DNA of 62,166 bases, the filler included, from Asterionella formosa (Eukaryota): assembly GCA_002256025.1 (NCBI GenBank). It is 3 parts of 3 records of this genome, joined end to end, with 100 filler letters (N's around TTAATTAATTAA, not from the genome) between each part and the next. Parts side by side here need not be neighbours in the genome. Positions count along the whole stretch, not along the records: positions 1 to 30,063 come from NKIB01000914.1; 2 more parts are not named here. One strand, 5' to 3'. Below the pieces are notes generated by a model, which was not told the origin of the DNA, searched no databases, and worked only from the letters and a program-made list of their open reading frames with translations. The translations under genes and the position numbers were made by a program. Positions 1-11,660 of this stretch are shown one piece after another (within the stretch, counting starts at the first letter, position 1; every line of letters starts with the position of its first letter).

Positions 1-2793
1 TCGAGGATTGGTGTTGTTTTGTCGACTGGTTGTCATGACATGACCAGGCTGAGGAAGTCTAACATTCATATCTTGGCGAAAGGCTGCATCACAGAGAATA
101 CAAACGGTGCACTCTCGCCCTAAGTGAGGGGGGACACTACCTGTTCTCCACAAGAAATGTAATTTGCGAACTACTTTTCCAATTGACGAACAATTTTGGC
201 AAACCATTCCGTCAGGTGCATTCACAGAGCTTGCCTCTTTGGGCAACCAAACAGTGTATTGACATCGATCGCGTCCTGAATATTGATCACACGACAGAAC
301 GTAGCCCCTTGTGTTCTTGCGAAGGCAAACTTTGCCAGTCGATACTTGACTACAAAACGGACAAGGAAATATTTCAACGTCGCCACCAGGCGTGCCTGAC
401 GCTAGCTGGCAGGTTGGATGCTGGCACATGAAGCACCGGAAATCGCCCCCGCCTTGTTCTCCACCATGTTCGATTGGTGGATCAGAAAAACACTTAGGGC
501 ACACAGTGTACCCGTTACCAGTGTAGCCATTTCCAGCGATAACCTTGATGACTTGATATTGGCATATCGGACATTTTAACGCTGGACCAACCGCATTGTC
601 ATGTTCGGTTTTGGGTTCAAAATCACCTCTTTGTGGTAAGCTCAATCCCAATCGACATGTTCCACAAAAGAGCAATCTACGATGATTTGGTATTGCATGG
701 CTGTTTGTGATGGGGGCTCGTGTTTGCTTCAACTCCATCTTATTGCGACAGACCCCGCATTCACTGAATTGCTGTTGCACTACCACGGTATTGGTGGCGT
801 CCGATCCAAGACGAGGAAAATGCCTTGCTACGGCTTCATCTAATTTGTGCGCTTCAGCATTTGCCTTTTGAAAGCAATCTTTCATTTTTGCGAGAATAGG
901 AGCCATAATATCTTCCTTTCTCTTTTGACCCGCAGCGACTAGATTACACTCGTGTTCCATTTCACGTCGCAAATCAGGCTTATTTAGTTGGTATCCCATG
1001 GAGTTGTAGCCTTCCACCAAGGCTATCCCTAGCTTGGTAGGATGAAACCTTTGTTGGTCGTCTTTTATACTGTATGCTCGTTCTTGAATGGTGGAAATGT
1101 GTTGAGCAATCGTGGCATCGGTTCCAATCCCATTTCTATCCATCAGCGAAATCAACTCCACTTCCGAAATAGCTTGAGGAGGCGATGTCCGTCCTTCTTT
1201 CATCAAAAAGGAATAAGGCGTTATTCTAGATCCCACCGTAACCGGTGGCAACTCCCCTTGCCCAGTCGACCACCGTTCCCATGGCGCATAGATATCCAAC
1301 CAATTTCGTTCCAAAATCATGAGTCCTGTGGCAGTAAAGAACTCTGATCCCATTTTCACTTCAATTGCTGTTTCCTTTCCCATCGCATCCCTTGATACGC
1401 ATGCCAAGTAGTGCTTGACAATCAAAATGTACACACTTCGTTGCGTGGGATCCCCAATGGACTGTGGGTCCACTGCCTTGGCAGGTGTAATGGGTGGATG
1501 GGCTTGATCATCGTTTTGGCCCGCCCGCGGCATTTGAAAACCACCGTTATTCAATAGTGAATTGGCATAATTTGAAAACTCTCCACCTATTTGACTGGCA
1601 AACTCTTGTATCAGCGGTTGGTGTTGAAACTCAGGACGAAAACGTTCCGTTTCTGTTCGTGGGTAACTAATGTATCCTTGTTGGTATAATTCTTCTGCTG
1701 CGGACATTAATGTTTCTGCACCAATTCTAAGAAACTTTGAGGCACGCTTTTGCAATTCAACTGTCGCCAGCGGCACTGGTCGCCACTTGTTTTTTGGTCG
1801 TCCTGTGAGGGACGTTACTACAGCTTGTTGGGCATCCAAGGCGGCTTCATACAAAACCATTGTCAAAACTCGATCGTAGAGACGATTCCTTTTCCATGTA
1901 AAGTGAATTGGACGACTACTGTTTTTATTTTCAGCTTGTTCCACGTTCTCGTGAGCACTAGGTGGTACCTTCAATGACAATTCCAAAGTCCAAAAGTCTT
2001 CTGGGCGAAAAGTTTCAATCCGCGCCCATCGCTCCACCACAAATCCCAACGTCGGGAACTGGCACGGCCCATAGCTGATCACACCACTTCCTAAATTATC
2101 GAATCTTTTTTGTAAGCGCAGCGTTTGAAATCTCGTAAAGGCTGCTCCAACTCGTAAATCCAGATCCATTCTCGCTTGGACAGCTTCCACCATGTGTTCA
2201 TTTAGTCGACCGAGAGTTCGTAGCGCCTTTTGAATTTCTCCTGGTAGGACGGTGCTAAACCGCGCTCGATAAATTTGTAACCGTGGATTACTCTTCAAAC
2301 AAACTTGTCTGACTTCATGCCCAATAGCCTCCCCTTCTCGATCACAATCGAGCCACAAAATCACCGCTTGTACATGCTTCGATTGTTGAGTCAGCATACG
2401 TTCCAGCCCTTCCATGTCATCTTTGTAGAATGTTTCAATCGGAGCATCAAATAACTTAATCGGTGCGCAATTGGACCACCCATACTCTGGTCCAAAGTCT
2501 TGAGACGCCAAGTGACCACGGACGCTCGTTGTAATCATGGTGTGGTGGGCGACGTGTTGAAGTTGTTCCACGCCTTGTCCTTGGGAGTGAATACTTGGAA
2601 AGGCCACGCCATGAGCAGTGAATATTTGAGCTTCCTGCCGCACCATGGGTTCGTCCTGAGCTCCTGGAATTTGCGAAAAGACTTGCGCAAGAGATCGAGC
2701 CACGGAAGGCTTTTCGGCCACATTGAGGATTTTGATTTGCTGTTGATGATTCTGATGCTGATTCTGATGCTGATAGCTAGACCTAGGAGGCAT
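1..2793 (-). CDS. TOP3A: DNA topoisomerase III alpha (3' end runs off the window)
   Basis: Manual translation from ATG at 2793 gives MPPRSS...ILNVAEKPSVA...TSVRGHL...LWLDCDREGEAIG...DLRVGAAFTRFQT...SYGPCQFPTLGFVVER (Toprim and type IA motifs), then Cys-rich C-terminal segments. The frame (931 codons) appears to reach position 1 without a stop, which explains its absence from the ORF track. Confidence 0.95.
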   Translation of the reverse strand, partial: MPPRSSYQHQNQHQNHQQQIKILNVAEKPSVARSLAQVFSQIPGAQDEPMVRQEAQIFTAHGVAFPSIHSQGQGVEQLQHVAHHTMITTSVRGHLASQDFGPEYGWSNCAPIKLFDAPIETFYKDDMEGLERMLTQQSKHVQAVILWLDCDREGEAIGHEVRQVCLKSNPRLQIYRARFSTVLPGEIQKALRTLGRLNEHMVEAVQARMDLDLRVGAAFTRFQTLRLQKRFDNLGSGVISYGPCQFPTLGFVVERWARIETFRPEDFWTLELSLKVPPSAHENVEQAENKNSSRPIHFTWKRNRLYDRVLTMVLYEAALDAQQAVVTSLTGRPKNKWRPVPLATVELQKRASKFLRIGAETLMSAAEELYQQGYISYPRTETERFRPEFQHQPLIQEFASQIGGEFSNYANSLLNNGGFQMPRAGQNDDQAHPPITPAKAVDPQSIGDPTQRSVYILIVKHYLACVSRDAMGKETAIEVKMGSEFFTATGLMILERNWLDIYAPWERWSTGQGELPPVTVGSRITPYSFLMKEGRTSPPQAISEVELISLMDRNGIGTDATIAQHISTIQERAYSIKDDQQRFHPTKLGIALVEGYNSMGYQLNKPDLRREMEHECNLVAAGQKRKEDIMAPILAKMKDCFQKANAEAHKLDEAVARHFPRLGSDATNTVVVQQQFSECGVCRNKMELKQTRAPITNSHAIPNHRRLLFCGTCRLGLSLPQRGDFEPKTEHDNAVGPALKCPICQYQVIKVIAGNGYTGNGYTVCPKCFSDPPIEHGGEQGGGDFRCFMCQHPTCQLASGTPGGDVEIFPCPFCSQVSTGKVCLRKNTRGYVLSCDQYSGRDRCQYTVWLPKEASSVNAPDGMVCQNCSSIGKVVRKLHFLWRTGSVPPHLGRECTVCILCDAAFRQDMNVRLPQPGHVMTTSRQNNTNPR

Positions 2794-3759
2794 AGTGTAT
2801 TAGTATGGTGGAGCTAATACAACAATAAGGATCAGTACCGAGCGCTATCTTTCGTGTCAGGGACATGAGTAATCAGCTCATCACCAAGCAACTGGAAATG
2901 GCCCAGTTTTATGGTATAGTGGTATAGTGTGTGCACTCTACTTTGCAGAGCGNNNNNNNNNNNNNNNNNNNNNNNNNNNNNNNNNNNNNNNNNNNNNNNN
3001 NNNNNNNNNNNNNNNNNNNNNNNNNNNNNNNNNNNNNNNNNNNNNNNNNNNNNNNNNNNNNNNNNNNNNNNNNNNNNNNNNNNNNNNNNNNNNNNNNNNN
3101 NNNNNNNNNNNNNNNNNNNNNNNNNNNNNNNNNNNNNNNNNNNNNNNNNNNNNNNNNNNNNNNNNNNNNNNNNNNNNNNNNNNNNNNNNNNNNNNNNNNN
3201 NNNNNNNNNNNNNNNNNNNNNNNNNNNNNNNNNNNNNNNNNNNNNNNNNNNNNNNNTCGTATGATTTTTTATACATTGACACGCACCACAGAATTGTATG
3301 GTATATAGGACATCTTTGCTTAACTTTTTGATTTTGGCGCGCTACAGGGGAGGGAACCTTGAATTGCAGAAAATCGTCGTCTTGTATTGGAACCTCAAAC
3401 CTTACTACCGGTATAGTGGGAAATAAATACAAGCCCATTACAGGGTAAATACCTTCTTTTGAATGATTCTTCCATCCATTTTGCCAATACAAGGGAACCT
3501 TTCAGTCTACTGGAATCATATATTACCTTGTATTGGAAAATGTTGTAATGCCCAATGCAAGGTATGCTTCGATTTGGACAAACTATTTGGGTCATATACA
3601 CAGCTCATTCTTTCCAAAATTGCTATACATTATGGTCCTCAAAGTGTAAATAAATGGAATCTAATCGAAAAAGCATGGTGTTTTGCAATAGCAATGTACA
3701 GATTGAAGGGAAATGAGCAGAACTGAATGGCATAGCTAATTGGGCACACCTCCGAACTT

Positions 3760-4608
3760 CTAGCTACAATTTACTCGTTCTTCTGTCACACATGGTCCAT
3801 CGAATCCTTGCGCTGTCAATCCCCCATCCACTCCCACCACTTGACCAGTCATGTAGGAGCTGGCTGGCATACAGAGGAATGCAATAGGATTCGCCACTTC
3901 TTGGGCAGTTGCCAACCGATGCATAGGGGTCCATGCATTTACTTTATCTAATTGTTTGGGATTCTCCTTAACAGCGTCCATCAACATGGGCGTCATGGTC
4001 ATCCAGGGTGTCACGGCATTGACACGAATGTTGTGAGTTGCCCATTCGCAAGCCAGTATCTTGGTAAATTGATTCAAGGCTGCCTTGGAAAGTCCATATG
4101 CAGCACCAGTTCCAGATGACTGCACGCCAGCTGCAGACGAAACGTTGACAATGGTCGCTCCTGAAGTATCAAAGAGCGGCTTGAACAGTCGACAGAGAAA
4201 GTATGCCGAGTCGACATTTGTTTTCATGATAGTATGATAGTCTTCTTCCGTTTGTTCCAAGATTGCTTTGCGTATGTTGACTCCTACATTGTTGATAAGT
4301 CCATGTAGGCTCCTTTCTCCAAACTGTTGTTTGGTCGTCTCAGCCAGAATGTCTCTTCCCTCTTTCGTCGCGACGTCACACACAACATGAGAAATCTTAG
4401 CATTCGGGAAGGAAACCTGCAGTTCTTCCACCAAGTCATGGCACGGGCTTCTGGAACAGAACAAGACCCCCGCGGCATTATGGGTCAGCAGCGTGTGAAC
4501 TGTGGCCAGGCCAATGCCCTTTGCGCCACCAGTCACGACATAGTTCTTCGAAGCAAGTGTCCATTGATTCAGAATTGTATTGGGACCGGATTCAGAAGTA
4601 GTTGTCAT
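3760..4608 (-). CDS. Short-chain dehydrogenase/reductase, tropinone reductase-like
   Basis: [19 protein letters not shown] and YGLSKAA (YxxxK) motifs, LACEW...IRVNAVTPW. First ATG is at 4608. Confidence 0.9.
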   Translation of the reverse strand: MTTTSESGPNTILNQWTLASKNYVVTGGAKGIGLATVHTLLTHNAAGVLFCSRSPCHDLVEELQVSFPNAKISHVVCDVATKEGRDILAETTKQQFGERSLHGLINNVGVNIRKAILEQTEEDYHTIMKTNVDSAYFLCRLFKPLFDTSGATIVNVSSAAGVQSSGTGAAYGLSKAALNQFTKILACEWATHNIRVNAVTPWMTMTPMLMDAVKENPKQLDKVNAWTPMHRLATAQEVANPIAFLCMPASSYMTGQVVGVDGGLTAQGFDGPCVTEERVNCS

Positions 4609-5030
4609 GGTAGGAGATAGAGTTAAGTACCCTGGAACCACCGGTATACTATTTGAGACAGGTCATCATTGATGTTACCAGGTACTATTTATATACCGAG
4701 ATACGGTAGTGTTCCTGTAGTTTACCGGTACCTGGTGCTGGTACCAGGTACTGGTAGTAATATTGCCGATGTACACTGGTAGCATCATACGTAGGTATTC
4801 CACGTCGTCTGGAGAGGGGTCTGGAGGGGGAGGGAAGTGCTTGAGTGCCAGCACTTCCTGTTTCACAGAACGATACAATTACCGGTATGCATACCGGAAT
4901 GTATGTTCTCCTGGTTTTCAATATTACTTCCGGTATCCAATCCTTCAACGATAGAGGAGCTCACTCCCATCACTCGACTACGGATATACGTATTACTTTT
5001 ATTCAAAATACATTGTTTGTGTAAGTCAGC

Positions 5031-5501
5031 ATGGCATCGTTTGGCATGGGCCAAGTTCCATCTGCCGATGAAGCAGGCACTATTGAGCCATCGACACCTT
5101 GGATGGCAGCAGCGGATGGCAATATAGGTCTACTTCAATCATCTATCGCTAGCTTGGGCCTTACTTATTCAATAGCCGATGAGAATGGTTACACACTGCT
5201 CATGGCAGCAGCCGCGTACAACCGAGGCAACATTATGGAATTCCTCTTGGCAAGCGCGGCAGTCGACGTGAACTCCCAGGACTATGACGGCGATACAGCT
5301 CTACATCATGTAGAATGTGTCGAGGCGGCCAAGATGCTGGTAGAAGTTGGCAAGGCAAATTCCACCATACGAAATGGGTCAGGGAAGACACCGATGGAAG
5401 CGAAAGTTGAAGAATTTAAGGAAATAATTGAGGACGATGAGGACGATGATGAATCCCTGGCCCTGAAGGAACTTGTGGAGTACCTAAGAACTATATCTTA
5501 G
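5031..5501 (+). CDS. Small ankyrin-repeat protein with acidic tail
   Basis: DENGYTLLMAAA, DYDGDTALHH and GKTP ankyrin motifs; Asp/Glu-rich C-terminus. Confidence 0.85.
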   Translation: MASFGMGQVPSADEAGTIEPSTPWMAAADGNIGLLQSSIASLGLTYSIADENGYTLLMAAAAYNRGNIMEFLLASAAVDVNSQDYDGDTALHHVECVEAAKMLVEVGKANSTIRNGSGKTPMEAKVEEFKEIIEDDEDDDESLALKELVEYLRTIS

Positions 5502-5804
5502 CCGAAGTGATGGGCCAAACACTGCGAAGTCCGGTGGTTTTGGATTCAATCCTGCATTTCAGTGGAAGCTGTCATGCATGACGCAAGGTTTGATTGAAGT
5601 GAGATTGCCATGGGACAGGACGAAGAAGGCAAAGTTAGCAGAAATGAGAATAATACGGTAGGCGAGTGAACGATTTTATATGCAGGTTAAACCCCTGTGT
5701 TAGGTGACGTACATTGCACGCACTTACCGGTATACTTTAAAATAGTAGCTCAAGCTCTTCCCCAAGTGCCTCATACCGAAACCAGTTTGTCGCTTGAGAA
5801 CATA

Positions 5805-6030
5805 TCCCATTTCAAAAGCATGGTGGAATCTGTGACTCTCGATCTACCACCATTGGCCAACTCAATCATGAGCTAGTTCCCCATTTCAAAAGCACGTTGG
5901 AATCTGTGACTCTCGATCTGCCACCATAATCTTGGCCAACTCAATTATTAGCTAGTATCCCATTTCAAAAGCGTTTGGTATCTGTGACTCCCGATCAGAA
6001 CATAATCTTGACCACCTCAATTATTAGCTT
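5805..6030. repeat. Tandem repeat, 3 diverged copies of ~74-79 bp
   Basis: Unit TCCCATTTCAAAAGC...TCTGTGACTC...CTCAAT..TAGCT starts near 5805, 5879 and 5958. Confidence 0.9.
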
Positions 6031-7399
6031 GTCTGTTTGAAGTAAAAAGGCATGTCACGAATTCTGACAGAGGTCATTCTGATGTTGTTCATACGACGGA
6101 TGAGGTGACGACGTAGCGTTGTGACCGTGCCAAATAGAATCAGAATCTACATATGAGCTAACAAATATATATGGAATGAGATGTACAATATGCGGGGTGG
6201 GCTGATCACTCCCACTTCTCAATACGGAGGGGAGAAAGATTACAATAAGTGGAAGACGAGTGCCAGCTCATGAGACATTTAAGTTTTTTACGAAGACTGC
6301 AAAAAATTACCATGTTATCCTTCAATATTATTGTATTCCACGTGCTCGCTCGGTACCGGTAGTCTTGTTTCCACAAGTGAGCGACCTAGAGTATAGGTAT
6401 CAGGTATCGCTGTAAAAGGCACCACACATGACGCTCTATGTGATCTTGTCCGAAAGCAACGTACCACGGTACTCAATAATTCGCGAGGAATAGAAAGTCG
6501 ATTACGAATGCGAACAGAGCAACGATTTTCGCTATCACGTTGGCATTGAGAATCACGCTAGGGGGAAACAGCGTTGCGGTGCACACACCAATCTTGGTTC
6601 ATGCCAGCGTTTCGGTGATCGGAACGTGGATTGTATCAAGGCCATCACCTGACAAGGACCAAGGCACGACAGAGAAAAACTAGAAAACATAGCATTGGTA
6701 CATCGAAAATTTGAAAATACAATAAACCAAGGTTCACGAACACTGACATTCCTTTTAAGTGACAAAATAGAGTTTAAGGCAACGGCATCTTAATTTCTCG
6801 TCATGTGTTCTAGACCAATGACCGCCACGAAACCATGTCCACGTACAGTGCAAGATTGAAATGAAATCGACAATAAGTAAATAAAATTTCGATGATAATG
6901 CAGGTTGCGGGAGTAAAAAGTGATTGGACCAGAAATCGGACATTACCGCCAATGCGAGCTGATGTCGCACATCGGAAGTTTATCATTTATAGGTCGTATT
7001 TTCGTCTCGGCTGTGGAATTCGGCCCACCATCATCAGTCGGGCATGAGAAGGCAACTCGGCCGGCGTCAACTTTTACTTAAGACCATTATCTGGGCACAT
7101 GTTCCATTCCTGCTTACAACGAAATGTGATTGCAGGGAATCGACGTAAAAATCTACACAGATTTGGTTGACATAGATGGGCTCGCCTTACCTACTCGCGT
7201 GTATATTTGATTCATTCATGTACAGCTATATATTTTGAACATGGCGCGTTTCTGGTTTACTTTCGCGTTTTCGCCTGCCTCGTCGCTCGAACAAAACAAA
7301 AGCAACGCAATGTATATCAGTCATAATTTATGAACAGCAAGAAGGCAAAATAAAGAATAGCTTCTACCCTCTCTGATTTATCTTATCCAATCTTCGTTC

Positions 7400-9862
7400 A
7401 TGATGCCTGCATTTCATTCTCCAACGAATTGTAGCGAAGGTGATAGGTACACTTTGGACAACCGAGCAGCGAAATTCCACCGCCACCCATCCTTTGCTCC
7501 TCGACCAAGCCAATATCAAAGCAGCGAAAACGACAAGCTTGGCACGGAAGCGAGGATGACAAACTTATCTGACCTACTTCATAATACCTACAAACACACT
7601 CCAAGTGTGTACCATCAAGTTGCTCCGCGATTCTTGTCGACACCTGACACATGTAACATGAGTTTCGGGGAAGCCACATACTTCGCATCGACGACGGCGG
7701 AGGCATCTCAGTGCACCTTCTTGCCTATTTTTCCCTTGGAAAAGGAAGTCCAACCTGGGAGAAGCTATACGCCACCACAGTCTCCAACAAGCATCAAGAA
7801 GACTTCGCCTGCATTTTCTGCTCGTACCAGCACTACATTTGATTCCTTGGATTCCATTCCTTCGCCTTTTGAAGTTATGCACTCATTTTCAGGATCAGGC
7901 AAATCACTATCGTATTCCACGCAATTTCATTCCGGGGATGCCAGTGGATTCCGCCCTACTTGGATTACTCCACGAGATACCTCGGTTTGTGGCTATCTTG
8001 AGAGCGGCCGCAAATATACTCAGCAGAGCAGCAAGTCACCCTCCTTTGAACTTTCTTCTCCAATCAAGAAAGTACAACTTTTCTCGGCCCGTGACGACGA
8101 CCCAATGCGCAAGTCCCGCGTCAAAACCGAACTTTGTATGAATTACATCAAAAGAACTCTTTGCCCCTTTGGCTCCAACTGCACCTATGCGCATGGTGAA
8201 GAAGAGCTTCAGTTAACAAAGCTCATGGATCTGCACCGAGCTGGTTTAGCTGATTGTGCGACGTATCGTACCAAACCTTGTCTCACTTGGGTTTCCACAG
8301 GCTCCTGGTAAGTAAACTGGACTTCGCGCAAGAACAATTTACCTTTCCCGCCAAACTTGCTTTCTAACAAATGTCCATTGTACTTGTTACCTTTTTAGTC
8401 CTTTTGGCAAGCGCTGTTCCGCTATTCATGATCCTAGAATTGCGGGTAGTGAACAGTCGTGGTTGCCTCACACCGAGACACAAGGCAACACTATTGCAAC
8501 AGACATTAATGTCGATGCCCTCCATCAAAAGCGTTTAGAGACTATTTTATACGACAATCCATTCGGTTCCCTTGCATCGTCACGCGATGACTTCGAGCAC
8601 ATTTACTCATTTGTTTGTAATTCGAAAAATCCATCAAGTATTAAGGCTAAGAGCAAGAAACCAGAAATAGCTGAGCACCATAAGATCTCGATTGCTCTTC
8701 AGATGCGTGGCGACTCAGACTTTCAGTTTAAGTTTCGCCCGCAGCACATCATCTTCGATGAGCTGTGCATGGTCCTTCAGCAGCGTGCCTTTCGCTTGAT
8801 CAAGGACTGTGTCGTGGAAATCCCAATGGACATATTCAACTCTCACTCCGTGAAGGACATTGTTACAGTACGTGAGATAGCCTTTGGACCTGACTGTGAC
8901 CCCTCCATTCGTGGGGTCGGACTCTGGTTCAACATCTCTGAGAAGGAAGTGACTCTTTGTACACCCCAACAAGCCAAACGATACCGTTGGAAGTCTCGTG
9001 GATCTTTGAAGCAAAAGGATCAGGCCCACAAAACAACACAACTCTCGATGTTCGATACGCGTGACTCCTTTGTCATGATTCGTCCAATGGACAATGATGC
9101 ATATCAGCTTACCACTGCTATGCTAGCTCATCGATTGGAGGTTGTCCTCGCGGGACGCACCGCCATGATCTCGGAGCGCTCGACGGCACTCTCTGAGCTT
9201 GCCGACAACGAGAATTGTCTAAAGGCTAGATTTGATAAATATAGGCTGCACTGGAAGTCCTGGAAATGGTCAGTAGCCGAAGGTCGTGAAACAGCAGTCG
9301 ATGAGCACACTCCGGTACCCAAAGTTGACGATGAATATATTCCCTATCTACTTACCGACTACAATACGAGCCAGAACCTTAAGGCGACATTTACAGTTGA
9401 TATTTGGCAGCATTTTGCAGAAACAACTTTTGGTGACAATGAAATGGTAAGCGTGACGTTACTGACGGGGAGCATTGCAGAGTCAGTGAATCGACAAATC
9501 GTAATCGTCTTCGGACCTCATTTCCGTTCCCTTTCCACTTACAGGCTGATGACAGTTTCGATTCCGAGATCTTTGCCGCGACATCTGTCGGGAGACTCTG
9601 TGTCTTCAAGTCCTTGACAAATGGCTCGTCCGGGCGTTATCAAGGTAATAGAAAGATTCCCCTGCTCATCAAGTGTGATCCGGAAACGAACAAAGGCTGC
9701 CGTAGGCGCAGTCCTGTCTGTGTCACTGCCACCAAAGCATGGAAGTCTCTTCTCCTACACCCTTGTAGCCATGATCCTTCATCGAACTCCGATTGGGAGA
9801 TCGTTCGCAACCATTTCCAAGCTAGCCGATCTCGACGTGTTCTCTCCATTCTCCAGGCTTAA
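7400..9862 (+). CDS. Tandem CCCH zinc-finger (TIS11/ZFP36-like) RNA-binding protein; exons 7400-8307, 8399-9446, 9545-9862
   Basis: Finger 1 is [24 protein letters not shown]. Removing the GT-AG intron 8308-8398 completes finger 2, [26 protein letters not shown] second GTAAGC...ACAG intron (9447-9544) joins in frame to the ORF ending at 9862. Confidence 0.85.
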
Positions 9863-10094
9863 GGAACCTCATCGTGGGCCGAAGAAACAAATTATTAAAA
9901 CAAGTTCATCTTGACAAATACATGTATAGAAGGAATACTGACCCGGAGAAGCTAATACAAGCAACAGTGCTTTATACTCTCTCGTTCGAATAGTTTACCT
10001 CAGTACATTTTAAAAAAGTTAGTAAAAACCATTTTTGAAATGAATACATATTAAGTGAATGAGAAATTTGCATGGTACTGCCTTAGCCTTTCCA

Positions 10095-11660
10095 TCAATG
10101 AAGTGATAATCCCCCGGCGCTTGCCCACAAAAGGAAGATTGTAGCCACTGCAATCGCTGCATACAGTGGGTCATCTCCAGAAAGGGCAAAGCTCTCCTGT
10201 CGGTACCCTCCTCCCACTCCTTCCGTGACTCCGTCTTCTTCTGTGTCTGTATTTTTTCCACCAAGTAATATTCTCTCTAACGGATTAACTCCCACTGACC
10301 GCAGTTCTCGCCTTCGGCGCAACTCATAGTCGGCCGAGATGTCATCATTTCCACTCAGATTTGAGTAGGATTCTATAGCTAAAATGCATTCTGCCACACA
10401 ACCATCGCGCGCCATCACTTCTGCTAAAGCATCCAAGGCTCCCAAATGAAGACGGAGTTGACTCATGGTGTAACCAAGTGAAAAACGAATTCTGTTATTC
10501 ATGCTGCGTTCATCTATTTCCGACTGGGCACTATTAAAGAGCAGTCGCATTTGGCTCAAGTCAGCATAACCTCCTTCCGCGTTTCCCCAGCCAATTAACT
10601 CGGCACAAACGCCTGCTACACTTATCACTGTTAATTTATCAATTGTGGCATCATCGAATCCTCTGAATGGCCAGGAATTGGATGGTTCATTCTGTGATGG
10701 CAGCTTCAGGAATGGATTGGCGGTATAATTTTTTGAATTTCGAAACACCGATTGAGAGTTGATGTAATTTGAACCACGTCCATCTTGGCTGAAAAATGGC
10801 GCATCGTTCGGTGCAATAGGACCGTCGTCGTCATAGCGACTACCAAAGCTATCAAAGCCAAGTTGACGAACTCGATTCATACCGACATCTGGGTCGTTCA
10901 ATGGGTAGAACTCCACTGCATTCTTTACTGCATTGGCAGCATATCCCTTGACTGGCAAACCGAGTAGGTGGCCCATCAAAAAGTGGCCTGCTTCATGATG
11001 AATCATTCGCTTTCGATATGTAGGGAAAAGGTTCCGTTGCAGCGTCACCAACAAGGTTTGAAGACTATCGGGAGTGGCAATCCCATATCCAACAAAAGCC
11101 AATGGAGCAAAAGAAAATATCCAAACCACCACGAATCTAATGATTTCGGGACCAGGAAGGTTTTGATTAGCGACAATTGCAGACAGGGAACTTCCAACAA
11201 ACAAACTGAGTACAGCCAATGATGCTCGATCCGCATCACTGTCTCCATTAAGTTCAATGAGTTCCACAACATTATATTTCTTGTTTCGAATCTTCGTTTG
11301 TATAGCCAAGTCGCCATCTGATAAGCTTCTCGCGGATGCGCCAGGTGGAATGGAAACTGAGCCGTAGCGCGGCGAAGTGCCCTCTCGGCAAAGCGTTTGT
11401 TGCAACAGAGTACGAGCCGCAGTTCCACTTTTGCACTCGCGCAGCTGTGAAGAAAGCTTTTCGATGTCTATCTCGATGATTTTCTTTGGTGTCGATGCCG
11501 CAGTTTCATGAAGAGCGAAGCTACGTCGGCTGCCTTCCTTGGCTTCTGTTGCAACACGAACCACTGGCTGTGAGAAAGCAGAGCATTTGCTTGCAATCGC
11601 CATCAACAGAACTATTGCATTCAGAGCGGCTATCAACCTCAGCTGACAGAGGGAGTACAT
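10095..11660 (-). CDS. Plastid-targeted membrane protein with an M41/FtsH-like HExxH domain but no AAA domain
   Basis: Signal peptide followed by CSAF (diatom ASAF-type plastid motif), two hydrophobic helices, RMIHHEAGHFLMGHLLGLPV, and AGVCAE...AEGGYADL. Confidence 0.8.
   Translation of the reverse strand: MYSLCQLRLIAALNAIVLLMAIASKCSAFSQPVVRVATEAKEGSRRSFALHETAASTPKKIIEIDIEKLSSQLRECKSGTAARTLLQQTLCREGTSPRYGSVSIPPGASARSLSDGDLAIQTKIRNKKYNVVELIELNGDSDADRASLAVLSLFVGSSLSAIVANQNLPGPEIIRFVVVWIFSFAPLAFVGYGIATPDSLQTLLVTLQRNLFPTYRKRMIHHEAGHFLMGHLLGLPVKGYAANAVKNAVEFYPLNDPDVGMNRVRQLGFDSFGSRYDDDGPIAPNDAPFFSQDGRGSNYINSQSVFRNSKNYTANPFLKLPSQNEPSNSWPFRGFDDATIDKLTVISVAGVCAELIGWGNAEGGYADLSQMRLLFNSAQSEIDERSMNNRIRFSLGYTMSQLRLHLGALDALAEVMARDGCVAECILAIESYSNLSGNDDISADYELRRRRELRSVGVNPLERILLGGKNTDTEEDGVTEGVGGGYRQESFALSGDDPLYAAIAVATIFLLWASAGGLSLH

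Noticed and set aside
5805..6030. Repeats as a possible CRISPR array (also 52661-52975 and 59738-59897)
   Set aside because: Whole units repeat with no unique spacers, there are no cas genes, and the context is eukaryotic; these are ordinary tandem repeats.
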